Assembly: GCA_028707635.1 (NCBI GenBank)
Contig: JAQWAQ010000003.1
Coordinates: forward strand, 804 to 64,803
Source of the DNA: Negativicutes bacterium
GTDB lineage: Bacteria; Bacillota; Negativicutes; JAAYSF01
DNA: 64,000 bases
Direction of reading: 5' to 3'
How positions within the stretch are numbered: position 1 is the stretch's first letter; every line of letters starts with the position of its first letter. Of this stretch, positions 1 through 9,280 are shown in pieces. The translations under genes and the position numbers were made by a program. The notes below the pieces were generated by a model, which saw only the letters and a list, made by a program, of their open reading frames with translations, was not told where the DNA came from and ran no database searches.

Positions 1-1798
1 TCTCGGCTGGATCGGCATGAGTGGCCGGATCAGCCAATTTCGTCTCCATCGCCGTTATCATTGCCTCCAGTTCAGCAATTTCCGTCTCCAGCTTTTTTAG
101 CTGCTTGCCGGTATCTTGCTTCCGCTGCCGTGGCTGAGCTGCCTTTTTCTCGGCTGGCGTAGGCTGACTCGCGGCTCGCTCGGCGGCGGCCGCCTTTTCT
201 ACAGCCGCTTTTTTCTCGCGGTAATAGCTATAATTGCCCCCATATTCAACAAGCTGCCCCTGGTCGAGCTCAACCACGCAGTTGGCCACCTTGTCAAGGA
301 AATACCGGTCATGCGACACCGCCAAAAAGGTGCCCGGAAAACTCATAATGGCTTCCTCAACAGCTTCCTTAGCCGGAATATCCAAGTGATTGGTCGGTTC
401 ATCCAAAATTAAAAAATTAGCTCCGGTCAACATCAGCTTGAGCATAGCCAGCCGGGCCTTTTCACCACCGCTCAAGTCACCAATCATTTTATAAACATCA
501 TCACCCTGAAAAAGAAACGCCCCCAGATAATGCCGCGACCGTTCCTCACTCAACCCAAACTCCTGATTCAGCTCGTCCAAAATCGCATTATCATTATTAA
601 GACCCTCATGCTCCTGCGAGAAATAACCTACCTTTACCCGGCTACCGATCTTAACCCGGCCCGCTGCAGGCTCAAGATCACCAGTCAACAGCTTTAAAAG
701 CGTTGTTTTTCCGGCCCCGTTCGGTCCAATCAGCGCCACACCATCACCACGCCGCACAAGTAGTGATACCTGATTGAAAATCACCTTGTCCCCATAGGCC
801 GCGGTCGCCTTATCCAGTTCGGCAACCCGTTCAGCGCACTCAGCCGGTGGATTAAATCCAAAAAAATCAAACCGCGAAACTTCGGGTGGCAGCACAATTC
901 GTTCCAGCCGCGCCAAGCGCTTCTCCCGCCCCCGCGCCTGCTTTGATTTGACCCCAGCCCGATAGCGGTCAATAAAGTCCTGGGTTTTCACAATGAAAGT
1001 CTGCTGTTTTTCATAAGCGCTTGTCAACGCGGCCATCTGTTCCTCTTTTTGCACAACATACTGGCTGTAATTACCGTTAAAGGCGACCAGCTTGCCGTTT
1101 TCCAATTCCAAAATCCGGCCAACAACCTTATCGAGAAAATAGCGGTCATGCGAAATAATCAACACGCCGCCGGGATAGCCCTTGAGGAAATCCTCCAGCC
1201 ATTCCACCATACCGACATCGAGATGGTTGGTCGGTTCGTCTAAAAATAAAAAATCCGGTTGCCGGAGCAACGCTCGCGCCAGGCAGACACGCGTCTTTTG
1301 ACCGCCTGAAAAAGAATCCAGTTTGCGATCAAAATCCTCGGTCGTAAAGCCCAAACCAAACGCTACCCGCCGAATGTTGTTTTCGTACTCATAACCCCCG
1401 CCGCGTTCAAACCTGTCAACAATTTTGGCATACTCTGCCAGCAACGCCGCCTGCGCAGCCTCGTCCTTCTCCGTCGAAATGGCTTTTTCCAAGCGATGCA
1501 TATCGTCCTGCCACCCCAGTACATCGCGATAAGCGCTCGCCAATTCTTGATAAAAAGTATGATCTCCCACCCCGGCGTCCTGTTCGACATAACCGATGGT
1601 TTCACCTGAAGGCAGCGAAACTTGTCCACTGTCAGCACTTTGAAAACCAAGCAGGCACCGCACCAATGTGGTCTTCCCGGTGCCATTTGCCCCAATCAGT
1701 CCCACCTTGTCGCCGCACCGCAATTCGAAACTCACATCACTAAATAATGTTTCAATCCCAAAAGCCTTTGTCAGGCCATCTACCCGTAAAACACCCAT
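1..1798 (-). CDS. ABC-F family ATP-binding protein (Uup/YdiF-like), 3' end runs off the window
   Basis: Hand translation from ATG at 1798 (RBS AAAAGGGTGA): MGVLRVDGLTKAFGIETLF, GANGTGKTT, FSGGQKTR, LDEPTNHLD, second Walker [10 protein letters not shown]; two NBDs and no TM segments. Confidence 0.9.
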   Translation of the reverse strand, partial: MGVLRVDGLTKAFGIETLFSDVSFELRCGDKVGLIGANGTGKTTLVRCLLGFQSADSGQVSLPSGETIGYVEQDAGVGDHTFYQELASAYRDVLGWQDDMHRLEKAISTEKDEAAQAALLAEYAKIVDRFERGGGYEYENNIRRVAFGLGFTTEDFDRKLDSFSGGQKTRVCLARALLRQPDFLFLDEPTNHLDVGMVEWLEDFLKGYPGGVLIISHDRYFLDKVVGRILELENGKLVAFNGNYSQYVVQKEEQMAALTSAYEKQQTFIVKTQDFIDRYRAGVKSKQARGREKRLARLERIVLPPEVSRFDFFGFNPPAECAERVAELDKATAAYGDKVIFNQVSLLVRRGDGVALIGPNGAGKTTLLKLLTGDLEPAAGRVKIGSRVKVGYFSQEHEGLNNDNAILDELNQEFGLSEERSRHYLGAFLFQGDDVYKMIGDLSGGEKARLAMLKLMLTGANFLILDEPTNHLDIPAKEAVEEAIMSFPGTFLAVSHDRYFLDKVANCVVELDQGQLVEYGGNYSYYREKKAAVEKAAAAERAASQPTPAEKKAAQPRQRKQDTGKQLKKLETEIAELEAMITAMETKLADPATHADPAE

Positions 1799-1840
1799 AT
1801 GTTCACCCTTTTAACGAAAGTCATTATATTTGATACACCA

Positions 1841-1869
1841 ATTATAACAGCATATTGCTATCTATCCAA
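1841..1869 (-). promoter_or_regulatory. sigma-A-type promoter of the ABC-F gene
   Basis: TTGGAT-17-TATAAT with extended TG. Confidence 0.55.
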
Positions 1870-1883
1870 CAATCTGCTAATAT
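1855..1883 (+). promoter_or_regulatory. sigma-A-type promoter of the ComK-like gene
   Basis: TTGCTA-17-TAATAT with extended TG. Confidence 0.5.
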
Positions 1884-1891
1884 TAAAATAT

Positions 1892-1905
1892 CGAACACAC
1901 GTTCC
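1892..1905. promoter_or_regulatory. LexA (Cheo/SOS) box
   Basis: CGAACACACGTTCC matches the Bacillota consensus CGAACRNRYGTTC, just downstream of the predicted -10. Confidence 0.65.
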
Positions 1906-1945
1906 CACGTTAAACAGTTTAATTTTGAAAGGAGGGACACAATTC

Positions 1946-2524
1946 ATGTCCCAACACCTGGCCAAACCTGAGCGCATTGCCGCCATTCTGCCTTGCTATA
2001 GCGCCACAGGCGACACCACGAAAATCATCACTACCGACGGTCTCACCAATACCAGTGACGTCCGCATCAGGACAATCGTAAGAAGGCTGGCGCTCAGCCG
2101 GGCCACCGACCTTTTGGCACTGAAAAAGCGCGCCTCCTCGGCCACCCAATGTTCCATTCTCCAGCCTCTGCCGCTGACTCCCGGTCTGGTTCTCTGTCCG
2201 GTCAAAGTCCGCACCCCACGGGTAGCAGGCGACACCAGCACCGGTTATATAAACTATTATGCCATAAAAAGTGTTGAAAAAACTTCCCAAGCCCCCTACC
2301 AGGCCATCATCATTCTGGCCGGAGGCATACAACTGCCTGTTCTCTGGACAGTACCTACCGTCAATAAGCATCTCCAGAACGCCCGTCTCGCCATGCACTA
2401 TACGCCGCATCATTCGCACTGTGGCGTTCATGAAGACGTAAAAGTCTACGCCCCCGAAATCGTCCCCATTATTCAAAAATTCGTCGAAGTCATCTGCGAT
2501 ATCGTCGCCGCAAAGCAGCGTTAA
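1946..2524 (+). CDS. comK: ComK-family competence transcription factor-like protein (192 aa)
   Basis: Strong RBS AAAGGAGG before ATG 1946. By-eye similarity to B. subtilis ComK as I recall it: IAAILP..TKIITTD vs IAVLP..SKIIEKD, PLPLTPGLVLCP, GYINYYAIK vs GWISHVHVK; similar length. Confidence 0.55.
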   Translation: MSQHLAKPERIAAILPCYSATGDTTKIITTDGLTNTSDVRIRTIVRRLALSRATDLLALKKRASSATQCSILQPLPLTPGLVLCPVKVRTPRVAGDTSTGYINYYAIKSVEKTSQAPYQAIIILAGGIQLPVLWTVPTVNKHLQNARLAMHYTPHHSHCGVHEDVKVYAPEIVPIIQKFVEVICDIVAAKQR

Positions 2525-2997
2525 TCATGGCGCACTATCGCCACCTCGCGTTTATCCCGTTCCAGCAGTGAGCCCACCGCTGCCATGAACTCTTCGCCGC
2601 TGAGCCGCTTGCCGATTTCCATCACATGCACAACCCCGCCCCGGCAGAGCGGCATTCCCTCAGCCACCGGCCTTCGCCCATATGGCACTCTGATGACCTG
2701 CACCACAGGATGAGCATCAGAGAGTCGCGCGAGAATCGACGGTGTGAGGTCGCCGGAATGATTGTCAACAACCACAATATCATAGTCAGAATCATACCTC
2801 TCAAGTTGGTTGATCAAAAAATAGAGTAACCCTTCAATTTCCTGTTCACAGTCTTGGACAATGATTAAAAAACTCGCACTCGGCAGTTCCGCCAGCTGCG
2901 GTTCAATAAACATGTCCCACATATCACGGAGCAAGAGCCAACCTCCATAAAGCGCCAAAGAAACCATAATCACACTGACAAAATACGAGAAATACAA
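2521..2997 (-). CDS. small GT2-like (partial GT-A fold) membrane-anchored protein
   Basis: N-terminal TM, SFLIIVQD, DIVVVDNHSGD; TTG start with RBS GGGGGTAGGA. Confidence 0.6.
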   Translation of the reverse strand: MYFSYFVSVIMVSLALYGGWLLLRDMWDMFIEPQLAELPSASFLIIVQDCEQEIEGLLYFLINQLERYDSDYDIVVVDNHSGDLTPSILARLSDAHPVVQVIRVPYGRRPVAEGMPLCRGGVVHVMEIGKRLSGEEFMAAVGSLLERDKREVAIVRHD

Positions 2998-3063
2998 AAT
3001 ATCCTACCCCCTTTGCATGGGATAGGATACTATATGTATCTGATAGCCAATGGGTACCACTTT

Positions 3064-3735
3064 CTATTGCAGCTCCACAATCTTATTCTTCAAAGCGTAT
3101 AGCACTGCCTGTGTCCGGTCACTCACACTAATCTTGCGAAAAATATTTGTCAAATGATTCTTAACTGTCTTTTCACTTAAATAAAGCGTCTGCGCAATCG
3201 TTTGATTGCTCATCCCCCGGCAGATTAACTGGAGCACTTCAATTTCGCGATATGTAAGCCGCTCTTCCCGACGACGCTCTAAGTTTTTTGCAGCCTCATG
3301 CTTCTTATCTTCCTGACGGCTAATCTCATTCAGCAACTGTTTGGCTAATGTCGGGTAAATAAACGACTCGCCCTGATACACTGTCCTAATCGCATTGACC
3401 AGCATTCCAGGCTCAACATCCTTAAGTAAATAACCAACTGCCCCGGCCTTAATTACCTCAATCACATAATTCTCATCATCATGAATGGTCAGTATAATTA
3501 CCTTGACCTTAGACTTGACATCACGGAGCTTCCGGGCAACCTCCAAGCCATTCATCCGCGGCATGTTTATATCAAGCAGCAAAATATCAGGCTCTAATTC
3601 GGCTGTCTTGGTAAGGGCCTCTTCGCCATCAGCCGCCTCGCCAAGCACAATAAGATCGGACTCCAATTCTAAAACATTCTTAATCCCTTGGCGCAACAAT
3701 GCATGATCGTCTGCAATTAATAGTTTGATTGGCAC
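3064..3735 (-). CDS. NarL/LuxR-family response regulator, DegU-like, no adjacent kinase
   Basis: REC domain (IADDH, LLDINMP, IHDDENYV, GYLLKD) plus LuxR HTH (LTYRE, SEKTVKNH, DRTQAV). Confidence 0.9.
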   Translation of the reverse strand: MPIKLLIADDHALLRQGIKNVLELESDLIVLGEAADGEEALTKTAELEPDILLLDINMPRMNGLEVARKLRDVKSKVKVIILTIHDDENYVIEVIKAGAVGYLLKDVEPGMLVNAIRTVYQGESFIYPTLAKQLLNEISRQEDKKHEAAKNLERRREERLTYREIEVLQLICRGMSNQTIAQTLYLSEKTVKNHLTNIFRKISVSDRTQAVLYALKNKIVELQ

Positions 3736-3819
3736 GCTGCTAACCTCCCGTCCATCTCCAAAACAAGTTTTTCGAACAAAACAAACTAACCTATTATATT
3801 TTCTACATACTATAGAAAA

Positions 3820-3844
3820 AATCCTGTCAAAAGATGACAGGATT
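3820..3844 (-). terminator. putative intrinsic terminator after pgi
   Basis: AATCCTGTCA-aaaga-TGACAGGATT stem with a T-run on the minus strand. Confidence 0.6.
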
Positions 3845-3868
3845 CTTATGGGAAAATAGACCTAACTT

Positions 3869-5323
3869 TCATCCCTTTAGTCCCTTCAACCGCGGCCCCA
3901 TCAGCCGCTTATACCCCTCAACCCCCGGCTGATCAAACGCATCCACATTAGCCAACTCACCCTCATAGGCCACTGATAAGCACAGCAAATACAAAAGCTC
4001 ACCCAACTGATACGCCGTAAGCTTCGGCAAAACAAAGGTAGCATTAAACCGGTTGTCACGTGCCAGCGCCTCTGCATTGGCCTCCCGCGCAATATCAAGG
4101 GCCTGACTTAAACGAATTCCCGCGATCTCCGCCAACTTTGCTGCCACAGGAAACACATTCGGAATCACCGGATCAGAGTCCCACTCAGCCACCTTAACAA
4201 ACTGTACCACCTTATCCCGTTTGCCATCCTGATGCTGCTGGGTCTGGGCATGCATATCCGTAGTGCCCACCGCTACCACCGGCGTCCGGCCATAGAAAAC
4301 TTCCTGACCATCACGATCAGTCCGTTTGCCCAGCGACTCGGCCAGCAGCTGCACATACCATTCGGCTACTGACTTGAGGTTATCACCATATGGCATAAAA
4401 ACTTCAATATCCCGTCCATACTTTTCCGCGGCCAAGTATTTAAGCGCCGCATTCAGCAGGGCCGGATTTCGCCAAAATTCATCAGTCTGACAGGCCTCAT
4501 CCATGGCCTTTGCCCCGGCCAGAAAGCCATCAATATCAAACCCAATACACGCCGCTGTGACAAGTCCGACCTCACAGAAAATACTAAACCGTCCGCCGAC
4601 ACCGTCCGGCACACCGAACGTTGGCCACGCCATTTCACCCGCCAACTTTTTAAGCAGCGTTGCATTTTCACCTTCCAATGGATCAGTCACCGCCACAACC
4701 TCAACCTCAATCAAATCACTCTGCTTTTTCAGAGCATCATAAGCCACCATGAAATTAGACATGGTATCAAGCGTCGAACCCGATTTTGAAATAACAATGA
4801 GACAAATTTTACATTTACTCTCAGCTTCCCTCACTAAATGCTCCACCAACTCACTCGTCCGCCGCGGGTCAATATTATTGCCGCTAAAATACAACTTGGG
4901 GTAGCCGTCGCGCTCCGCAGGCGTTTTAGCATTCCAAAACTCACCGCACTGCACATCAAACAGCACCTTGTTTCCAAGATACGACCCACCAATCCCAAAT
5001 GACACCACAGTGTCCACACGATAACGCAGTGATTGGCCAAACTCCTTCAGGCGCTCAATCGACCCCAGCGAATTTAAATGTCCCTCTTCCACATAGGGAA
5101 GTTCGGTAAACAGCACCTTTTCCGGCTCCCCGTCCTTCGAAAAATGCCCCCGTACCTCACCTGTCGCCCGCATATGCTGAACAGCCTGATGCGCTTTTAC
5201 CAGCTGCTCACCCAAAGCATCAATATCGGTCTGGTTTACCTTGCCCTCGCCATACAAGTTTGTGTAATCAAACACAAAGCCTGACTGAAGCTTTAATGAA
5301 GTACCCGTAATATTTCTCCCCAT
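3869..5323 (-). CDS. pgi: glucose-6-phosphate isomerase
   Basis: GIGGSYLG, VISKSGSTLDT, VGGRFS, QLLAESLGK, FDQPGVE; ATG 5323 chosen over TTG 5338. Confidence 0.93.
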   Translation of the reverse strand: MGRNITGTSLKLQSGFVFDYTNLYGEGKVNQTDIDALGEQLVKAHQAVQHMRATGEVRGHFSKDGEPEKVLFTELPYVEEGHLNSLGSIERLKEFGQSLRYRVDTVVSFGIGGSYLGNKVLFDVQCGEFWNAKTPAERDGYPKLYFSGNNIDPRRTSELVEHLVREAESKCKICLIVISKSGSTLDTMSNFMVAYDALKKQSDLIEVEVVAVTDPLEGENATLLKKLAGEMAWPTFGVPDGVGGRFSIFCEVGLVTAACIGFDIDGFLAGAKAMDEACQTDEFWRNPALLNAALKYLAAEKYGRDIEVFMPYGDNLKSVAEWYVQLLAESLGKRTDRDGQEVFYGRTPVVAVGTTDMHAQTQQHQDGKRDKVVQFVKVAEWDSDPVIPNVFPVAAKLAEIAGIRLSQALDIAREANAEALARDNRFNATFVLPKLTAYQLGELLYLLCLSVAYEGELANVDAFDQPGVEGYKRLMGPRLKGLKG

Positions 5324-5406
5324 GCCCGACACCCCCAAGATATAGTAAACTACCCTTCATGCACTTTACTACCCTATGCGGACTTTATAAAAACATGCTT
5401 CTTTTT

Positions 5407-6378
5407 TTAGTTTTTCCGATGCCACGCCCACGCACTGCTGATAATCTGATTAAGCTGACTCCACACCGGTTTCCACCCTAGTTCAGCCTTAATTCGCGCC
5501 GAGGAAGCAACCAGCACAGCCGGATCGCCCGCCCGTCGCTCATCCTCACGGACTGCGAAATCAACGCCTGTAATCTCTTTCGCCTTATCAATCACTTCGC
5601 GCACACTAAACCCGGCTTGCGAACCAAGATTATAAACTCTGCACTCTCCACCATGAACCAAATGCTTCAAGGCCAACACATGAGCAGCCGCTAAATCGGT
5701 CACATGAATATAATCGCGGATGCAGGTCCCATCCGGAGTAGAGTAGTCGGTTCCATAAATGCTGATGGCCTCACGCTGTCCTAACGCTGTCTTTAAAATA
5801 AGCGGCACAAGATGCGTCTCGGGATTATGGTCCTCGCCTGTCAGACCCTCTATATGCGCCCCGGCTGCATTAAAATAGCGCAACGACACATACTTCAACC
5901 CATATGCCATGGCAAAATCGGCCAGTATGCCTTCAATGATCAGCTTGGTCCGCCCGTAGACATTTGTCGGGCAAGTCGGCATATCCTCGGTAATCGGCCA
6001 CTGCTCCGGTTCTCCATAAACAGCGGCAGTCGATGAAAATACGATTTTATTTACAGCGCACTCCCGCATTGTATCCAAAAGCGCCAGCGTTGCCACAACA
6101 TTATTATGATAATACTTTGCCGGCTGTTGCATCGACTCACCCACTAAGCTGTCCGCAGCAAAATGAACAACCGTCTCAATCTCATTCTCCTTAAGCACCT
6201 GTGCTAAAAGTTCCTGATCACGAATATCGCCCTTAACAAACTTCACTCCCGCCGGTACTGCAGACTTATGGCCTTTTGACAAATTATCATAAACAACTAC
6301 ATGATGATCTTCCCGAACAAGCTCATGCACCGTATGAGACCCAATATACCCCGCACCACCTGTAACCAGTACTCTCAT
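5407..6378 (-). CDS. galE: UDP-glucose 4-epimerase
   Basis: GGAGYIGSH, FSSTAAVYG, YGRTK, LRYFNAAGA, RDYIHV. Confidence 0.95.
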   Translation of the reverse strand: MRVLVTGGAGYIGSHTVHELVREDHHVVVYDNLSKGHKSAVPAGVKFVKGDIRDQELLAQVLKENEIETVVHFAADSLVGESMQQPAKYYHNNVVATLALLDTMRECAVNKIVFSSTAAVYGEPEQWPITEDMPTCPTNVYGRTKLIIEGILADFAMAYGLKYVSLRYFNAAGAHIEGLTGEDHNPETHLVPLILKTALGQREAISIYGTDYSTPDGTCIRDYIHVTDLAAAHVLALKHLVHGGECRVYNLGSQAGFSVREVIDKAKEITGVDFAVREDERRAGDPAVLVASSARIKAELGWKPVWSQLNQIISSAWAWHRKN

Positions 6379-6408
6379 TATTAAGCCTCCAAAATTTAGT
6401 GTTTTAAT

Positions 6409-7359
6409 TTATTTATCTATTTGATTTTCTCCCTCTTCTTCCTGAAGCGTCGCTGCCAAATCGCTATTAAAAATCGGCCTCATAGTCTTGACTAAATACC
6501 GAAGAAATTTCTCCCTAAGCTCCGGCCGTTTCAGCGCATACTCAATAGTCGCTTCAAGATACCCCTGCTTATCGCCGATATCATAGCGGCGTCCCTCAAA
6601 ATTATAGGCATACACCGACCGACTCTCGGCTAGCCGCCGCAACGCATCGGTAAGCTGAATCTCACCCCCGCGGCCTGGTTTGGTAGTCTCCAGCAACTCA
6701 AATATTTCCGGCTCAATGATGTACCGGCCTAATACCGCCAATTGAGATGGAGCCTCTTCCACGGACGGTTTCTCAATCAAATCGATGGCTTTCCAAAGAT
6801 TATCCTTCACCCGAGTCGGCTGTACAATGCCATAACTGGATACTTTATCGCGCGGAACTTCCTGCACGCCAAGAACGCTTCCACCATAATCTTCATAAAC
6901 ATCCATCAGCTGCTTCAGACAAGGCACACTGGCATCCACGATATCATCGCCCAACAGAACCGCAAAAGGTTCGTTGCCCACAAACTGTTTGGCGCACAGC
7001 ACGGCATGCCCCAGCCCCTTGGCCTCTTTCTGCCGGACATAATGAATGGTCACATCAGCGATTTCCTGAACCAATCCCAGTAAGTCATATTTCCCCTGTT
7101 CCTTAAGCGTCAATTCAAGTTCAACAGCCCTGTCAAAATGGTCCTCAATCGCCCGCTTATTGCGCCCGGTAATAATAAGAATTTCCTCTATTCCAGACTG
7201 AATGGCCTCTTCAATAATAAACTGAATGGCCGGCTTATCAACAATCGGCAGCATTTCCTTCGGCTGCGCCTTAGTCGCAGGTAAAAACCGCGTCCCCAGC
7301 CCCGCCGCCGGAATAACAGCCTTACGAATTTTAGCTCTATTTTGCACTTTTATCGTCAT
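6409..7359 (-). CDS. galU: UTP--glucose-1-phosphate uridylyltransferase
   Basis: [35 protein letters not shown]. Confidence 0.95.
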   Translation of the reverse strand: MTIKVQNRAKIRKAVIPAAGLGTRFLPATKAQPKEMLPIVDKPAIQFIIEEAIQSGIEEILIITGRNKRAIEDHFDRAVELELTLKEQGKYDLLGLVQEIADVTIHYVRQKEAKGLGHAVLCAKQFVGNEPFAVLLGDDIVDASVPCLKQLMDVYEDYGGSVLGVQEVPRDKVSSYGIVQPTRVKDNLWKAIDLIEKPSVEEAPSQLAVLGRYIIEPEIFELLETTKPGRGGEIQLTDALRRLAESRSVYAYNFEGRRYDIGDKQGYLEATIEYALKRPELREKFLRYLVKTMRPIFNSDLAATLQEEEGENQIDK

Positions 7360-7406
7360 CTCCCTATCATCTATACAATATAATACGCAGTGTTATATAA
7401 TTACGT

Positions 7407-7435
7407 AATTCAATATATCAAAACTTTTCTCCTGC
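7407..7435 (-). promoter_or_regulatory. sigma-H-type promoter upstream of galU
   Basis: GCAGGA-N18-GAATT. Confidence 0.55.
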
Positions 7436-7480
7436 GTATATACCCTGTAAAATATTACTTCCCATTCCCCTCTAAAATCA

Positions 7481-7506
7481 AAATCCCCCACTGAAGTGAG
7501 GGATTT
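7481..7506 (-). terminator. putative intrinsic terminator after manB
   Basis: AAATCCCCCAC-tgaa-GTGAGGGATTT imperfect stem plus T-run. Confidence 0.55.
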
Positions 7507-7512
7507 CTATTC

Positions 7513-8871
7513 CTAGCGATTGATCTCCGCAAGCAGTTCCTCTGTCTTGCGTTTAAGCAGCTCGCTATCACATTTAGTCTCAATATTCAACCGCAGCACA
7601 GGCTCGGTATTTGAGCTCCGCACATTAAACCGCCAATCATCGAACTCAACACTTAGCCCATCAGTCCGGTCAATACTCGCGCCTTGGGTGAACTTCTCCT
7701 CAATACGGGCGATCACATCCCGGGCATCTTTCACCGTGGAATTAATCTCCCCGCTAATTGGATAACAAGCCACTCTTTCTTCCATGAGCACCGAAAGCGG
7801 CTTCCCTTCAAGACACATAATCTCAACCAGCAGCAGCCACGGAATCATGCCGCTGTCACAATAAGAGAAATCACGGAAATAATGATGCGCCGACATCTCG
7901 CCGCCGTATACCGCATCCTCCTGCCGCATCCGTTCCTTAATAAATGCATGACCGCTCTTGCACTGAACAGGCACCCCGCCCGCCTTTTCAACTAGCTCAA
8001 TCGTATTCCAAGTCAGCCGCGGATCATGAATAATCTTGGCCCCTGGGAATTTACGCAAGAAAGCCTGCGCCAGGAAGCCGACAATATAATAACCCTCAAT
8101 AAATTCGCCTTTTTCATCAAAGAAGAAACATCTGTCAAAGTCGCCATCCCAAGCGATCCCCACGTCAGCCCCTGTCTCGCGCACCACCTTAGCCGTTGCA
8201 TCACGGTTTTCCAGCAAAAGCGGATTGGGTATCCCATGCGGAAAACTACCGTCAGGCTCATGATTTACTTTAATAAACTCAAACGGAAGGAACTTCTCCA
8301 ACACATCAATCACCGGTCCGGCGCAGCCGTTTCCCGCATTAACCACAATCTTTAACGGTTTAAGCGCTGAAACATCAACGTAGGTCAGCAAATGCTGTAT
8401 ATAGTCCGCCATAATATCCTGTTCAGTGACTGTTCCAACAAGCTCGCCATCAGCCACAGGCGCAAATTCACCACTAATCGCTAATTCCTCAATTTCCTTC
8501 AGCCCGCTGTCGCTGCTGATTGGGCGCGATTCTTCGCGAACCAGTTTCATCCCATTATAATCCTGGGGATTGTGGCTAGCAGTAATCATAATCCCGCCAT
8601 CCAGCTTCAAATGCGCTGTAGCAAAATAAATCATTTCAGTGCCGCAGATTCCGATATCGACGACATCACAGCCGACTTCAGTCAACCCTTTCACCAGCGC
8701 TGCCCGGATCGCCGTCCCCGTAAGCCGGATATCCCGCCCGACAGCCACCTTTTTTGCTTTAAAAATATCCACATACGCCCGCCCGATACGGTAAGCCAAT
8801 TCCTCATTGAGTTCATCAGGCACCCGCCCGCGAATATCATAAGCCTTAAATGCCGTCCGTTTTAATTCCAT
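7513..8871 (-). CDS. manB: phosphomannomutase/phosphoglucomutase
   Basis: ITASHNP (phosphoserine), DGDFDR, GEMSAH; ATG 8871 with RBS GAGGGG. Confidence 0.92.
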   Translation of the reverse strand: MELKRTAFKAYDIRGRVPDELNEELAYRIGRAYVDIFKAKKVAVGRDIRLTGTAIRAALVKGLTEVGCDVVDIGICGTEMIYFATAHLKLDGGIMITASHNPQDYNGMKLVREESRPISSDSGLKEIEELAISGEFAPVADGELVGTVTEQDIMADYIQHLLTYVDVSALKPLKIVVNAGNGCAGPVIDVLEKFLPFEFIKVNHEPDGSFPHGIPNPLLLENRDATAKVVRETGADVGIAWDGDFDRCFFFDEKGEFIEGYYIVGFLAQAFLRKFPGAKIIHDPRLTWNTIELVEKAGGVPVQCKSGHAFIKERMRQEDAVYGGEMSAHHYFRDFSYCDSGMIPWLLLVEIMCLEGKPLSVLMEERVACYPISGEINSTVKDARDVIARIEEKFTQGASIDRTDGLSVEFDDWRFNVRSSNTEPVLRLNIETKCDSELLKRKTEELLAEINR

Positions 8872-8970
8872 CTTCTGCACCCCTCATCATCATAATTACA
8901 TATGGCGTTCTCTTTTTACCCGCTTTATTAAGCTATTCCATCTCCAGAAAGAGCATGACTAATATTTACT

Positions 8971-8999
8971 AAATTCTTTTCATTAATTATTATTCCTGC
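8971..8999 (-). promoter_or_regulatory. sigma-H-type promoter upstream of manB
   Basis: GCAGGA-N17-GAATTT. Confidence 0.55.
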
Positions 9000-9076
9000 T
9001 CACGTGTGTTCTTTAAACAACAAAAAAGCAGTGTCAAGAGGAACCGTCCCGTGTGGCATGACATTAAAAAGTTTAC

Positions 9077-9105
9077 TTACGAAACTCCGTACGATTTGCT
9101 ATAAT
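9077..9105 (+). promoter_or_regulatory. sigma-A-type promoter
   Basis: TTACGA-17-TATAAT with extended TG. Confidence 0.55.
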
Positions 9106-9111
9106 AAATTA

Positions 9112-9260
9112 ATCCGATGACCAAGCCGCTCTAAGATTCCCTTCTTCTACAAGAGGGAATTATACCCTAAAGGGCACAGGCGAGCGGCTAAGTCCCTGGA
9201 TACGGTTCGGCTAAGATTTAGGTGGAGTTAAAACCCATCTAAATCAAGTCTCACTTTATC
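9112..9260 (+). ncRNA. candidate structured leader RNA or IS200/IS605-end-like element (family not identified)
   Basis: Several nested stems (AGCCGCUC 9124-31 with GAGCGGCU 9183-90; CAGGG 9177-81 with CCCUG 9195-99; internal hairpins; 11-bp hairpin 9216-9246) between a promoter and the RBS. Confidence 0.4.
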
Positions 9261-9280
9261 GCTACGAAAGGAGCTTACCA

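Noticed and set aside
1799-1945. N-terminal extension of the 241-aa ORF
   Set aside because: Overlaps both promoters; the strong RBS precedes ATG 1946
1919-2476. 185-aa minus-strand ORF
   Set aside because: Antisense shadow of the ComK-like gene, which has the RBS, promoter and family resemblance
9113-9270. Hammerhead or twister ribozyme, or c-di-GMP-I riboswitch (CCGAUGA, UAA, GCACAGGGC)
   Set aside because: The required partner elements (stem II closing onto GAAA, the twister P2/P4 core, the GAAA tetraloop/receptor) are not in place
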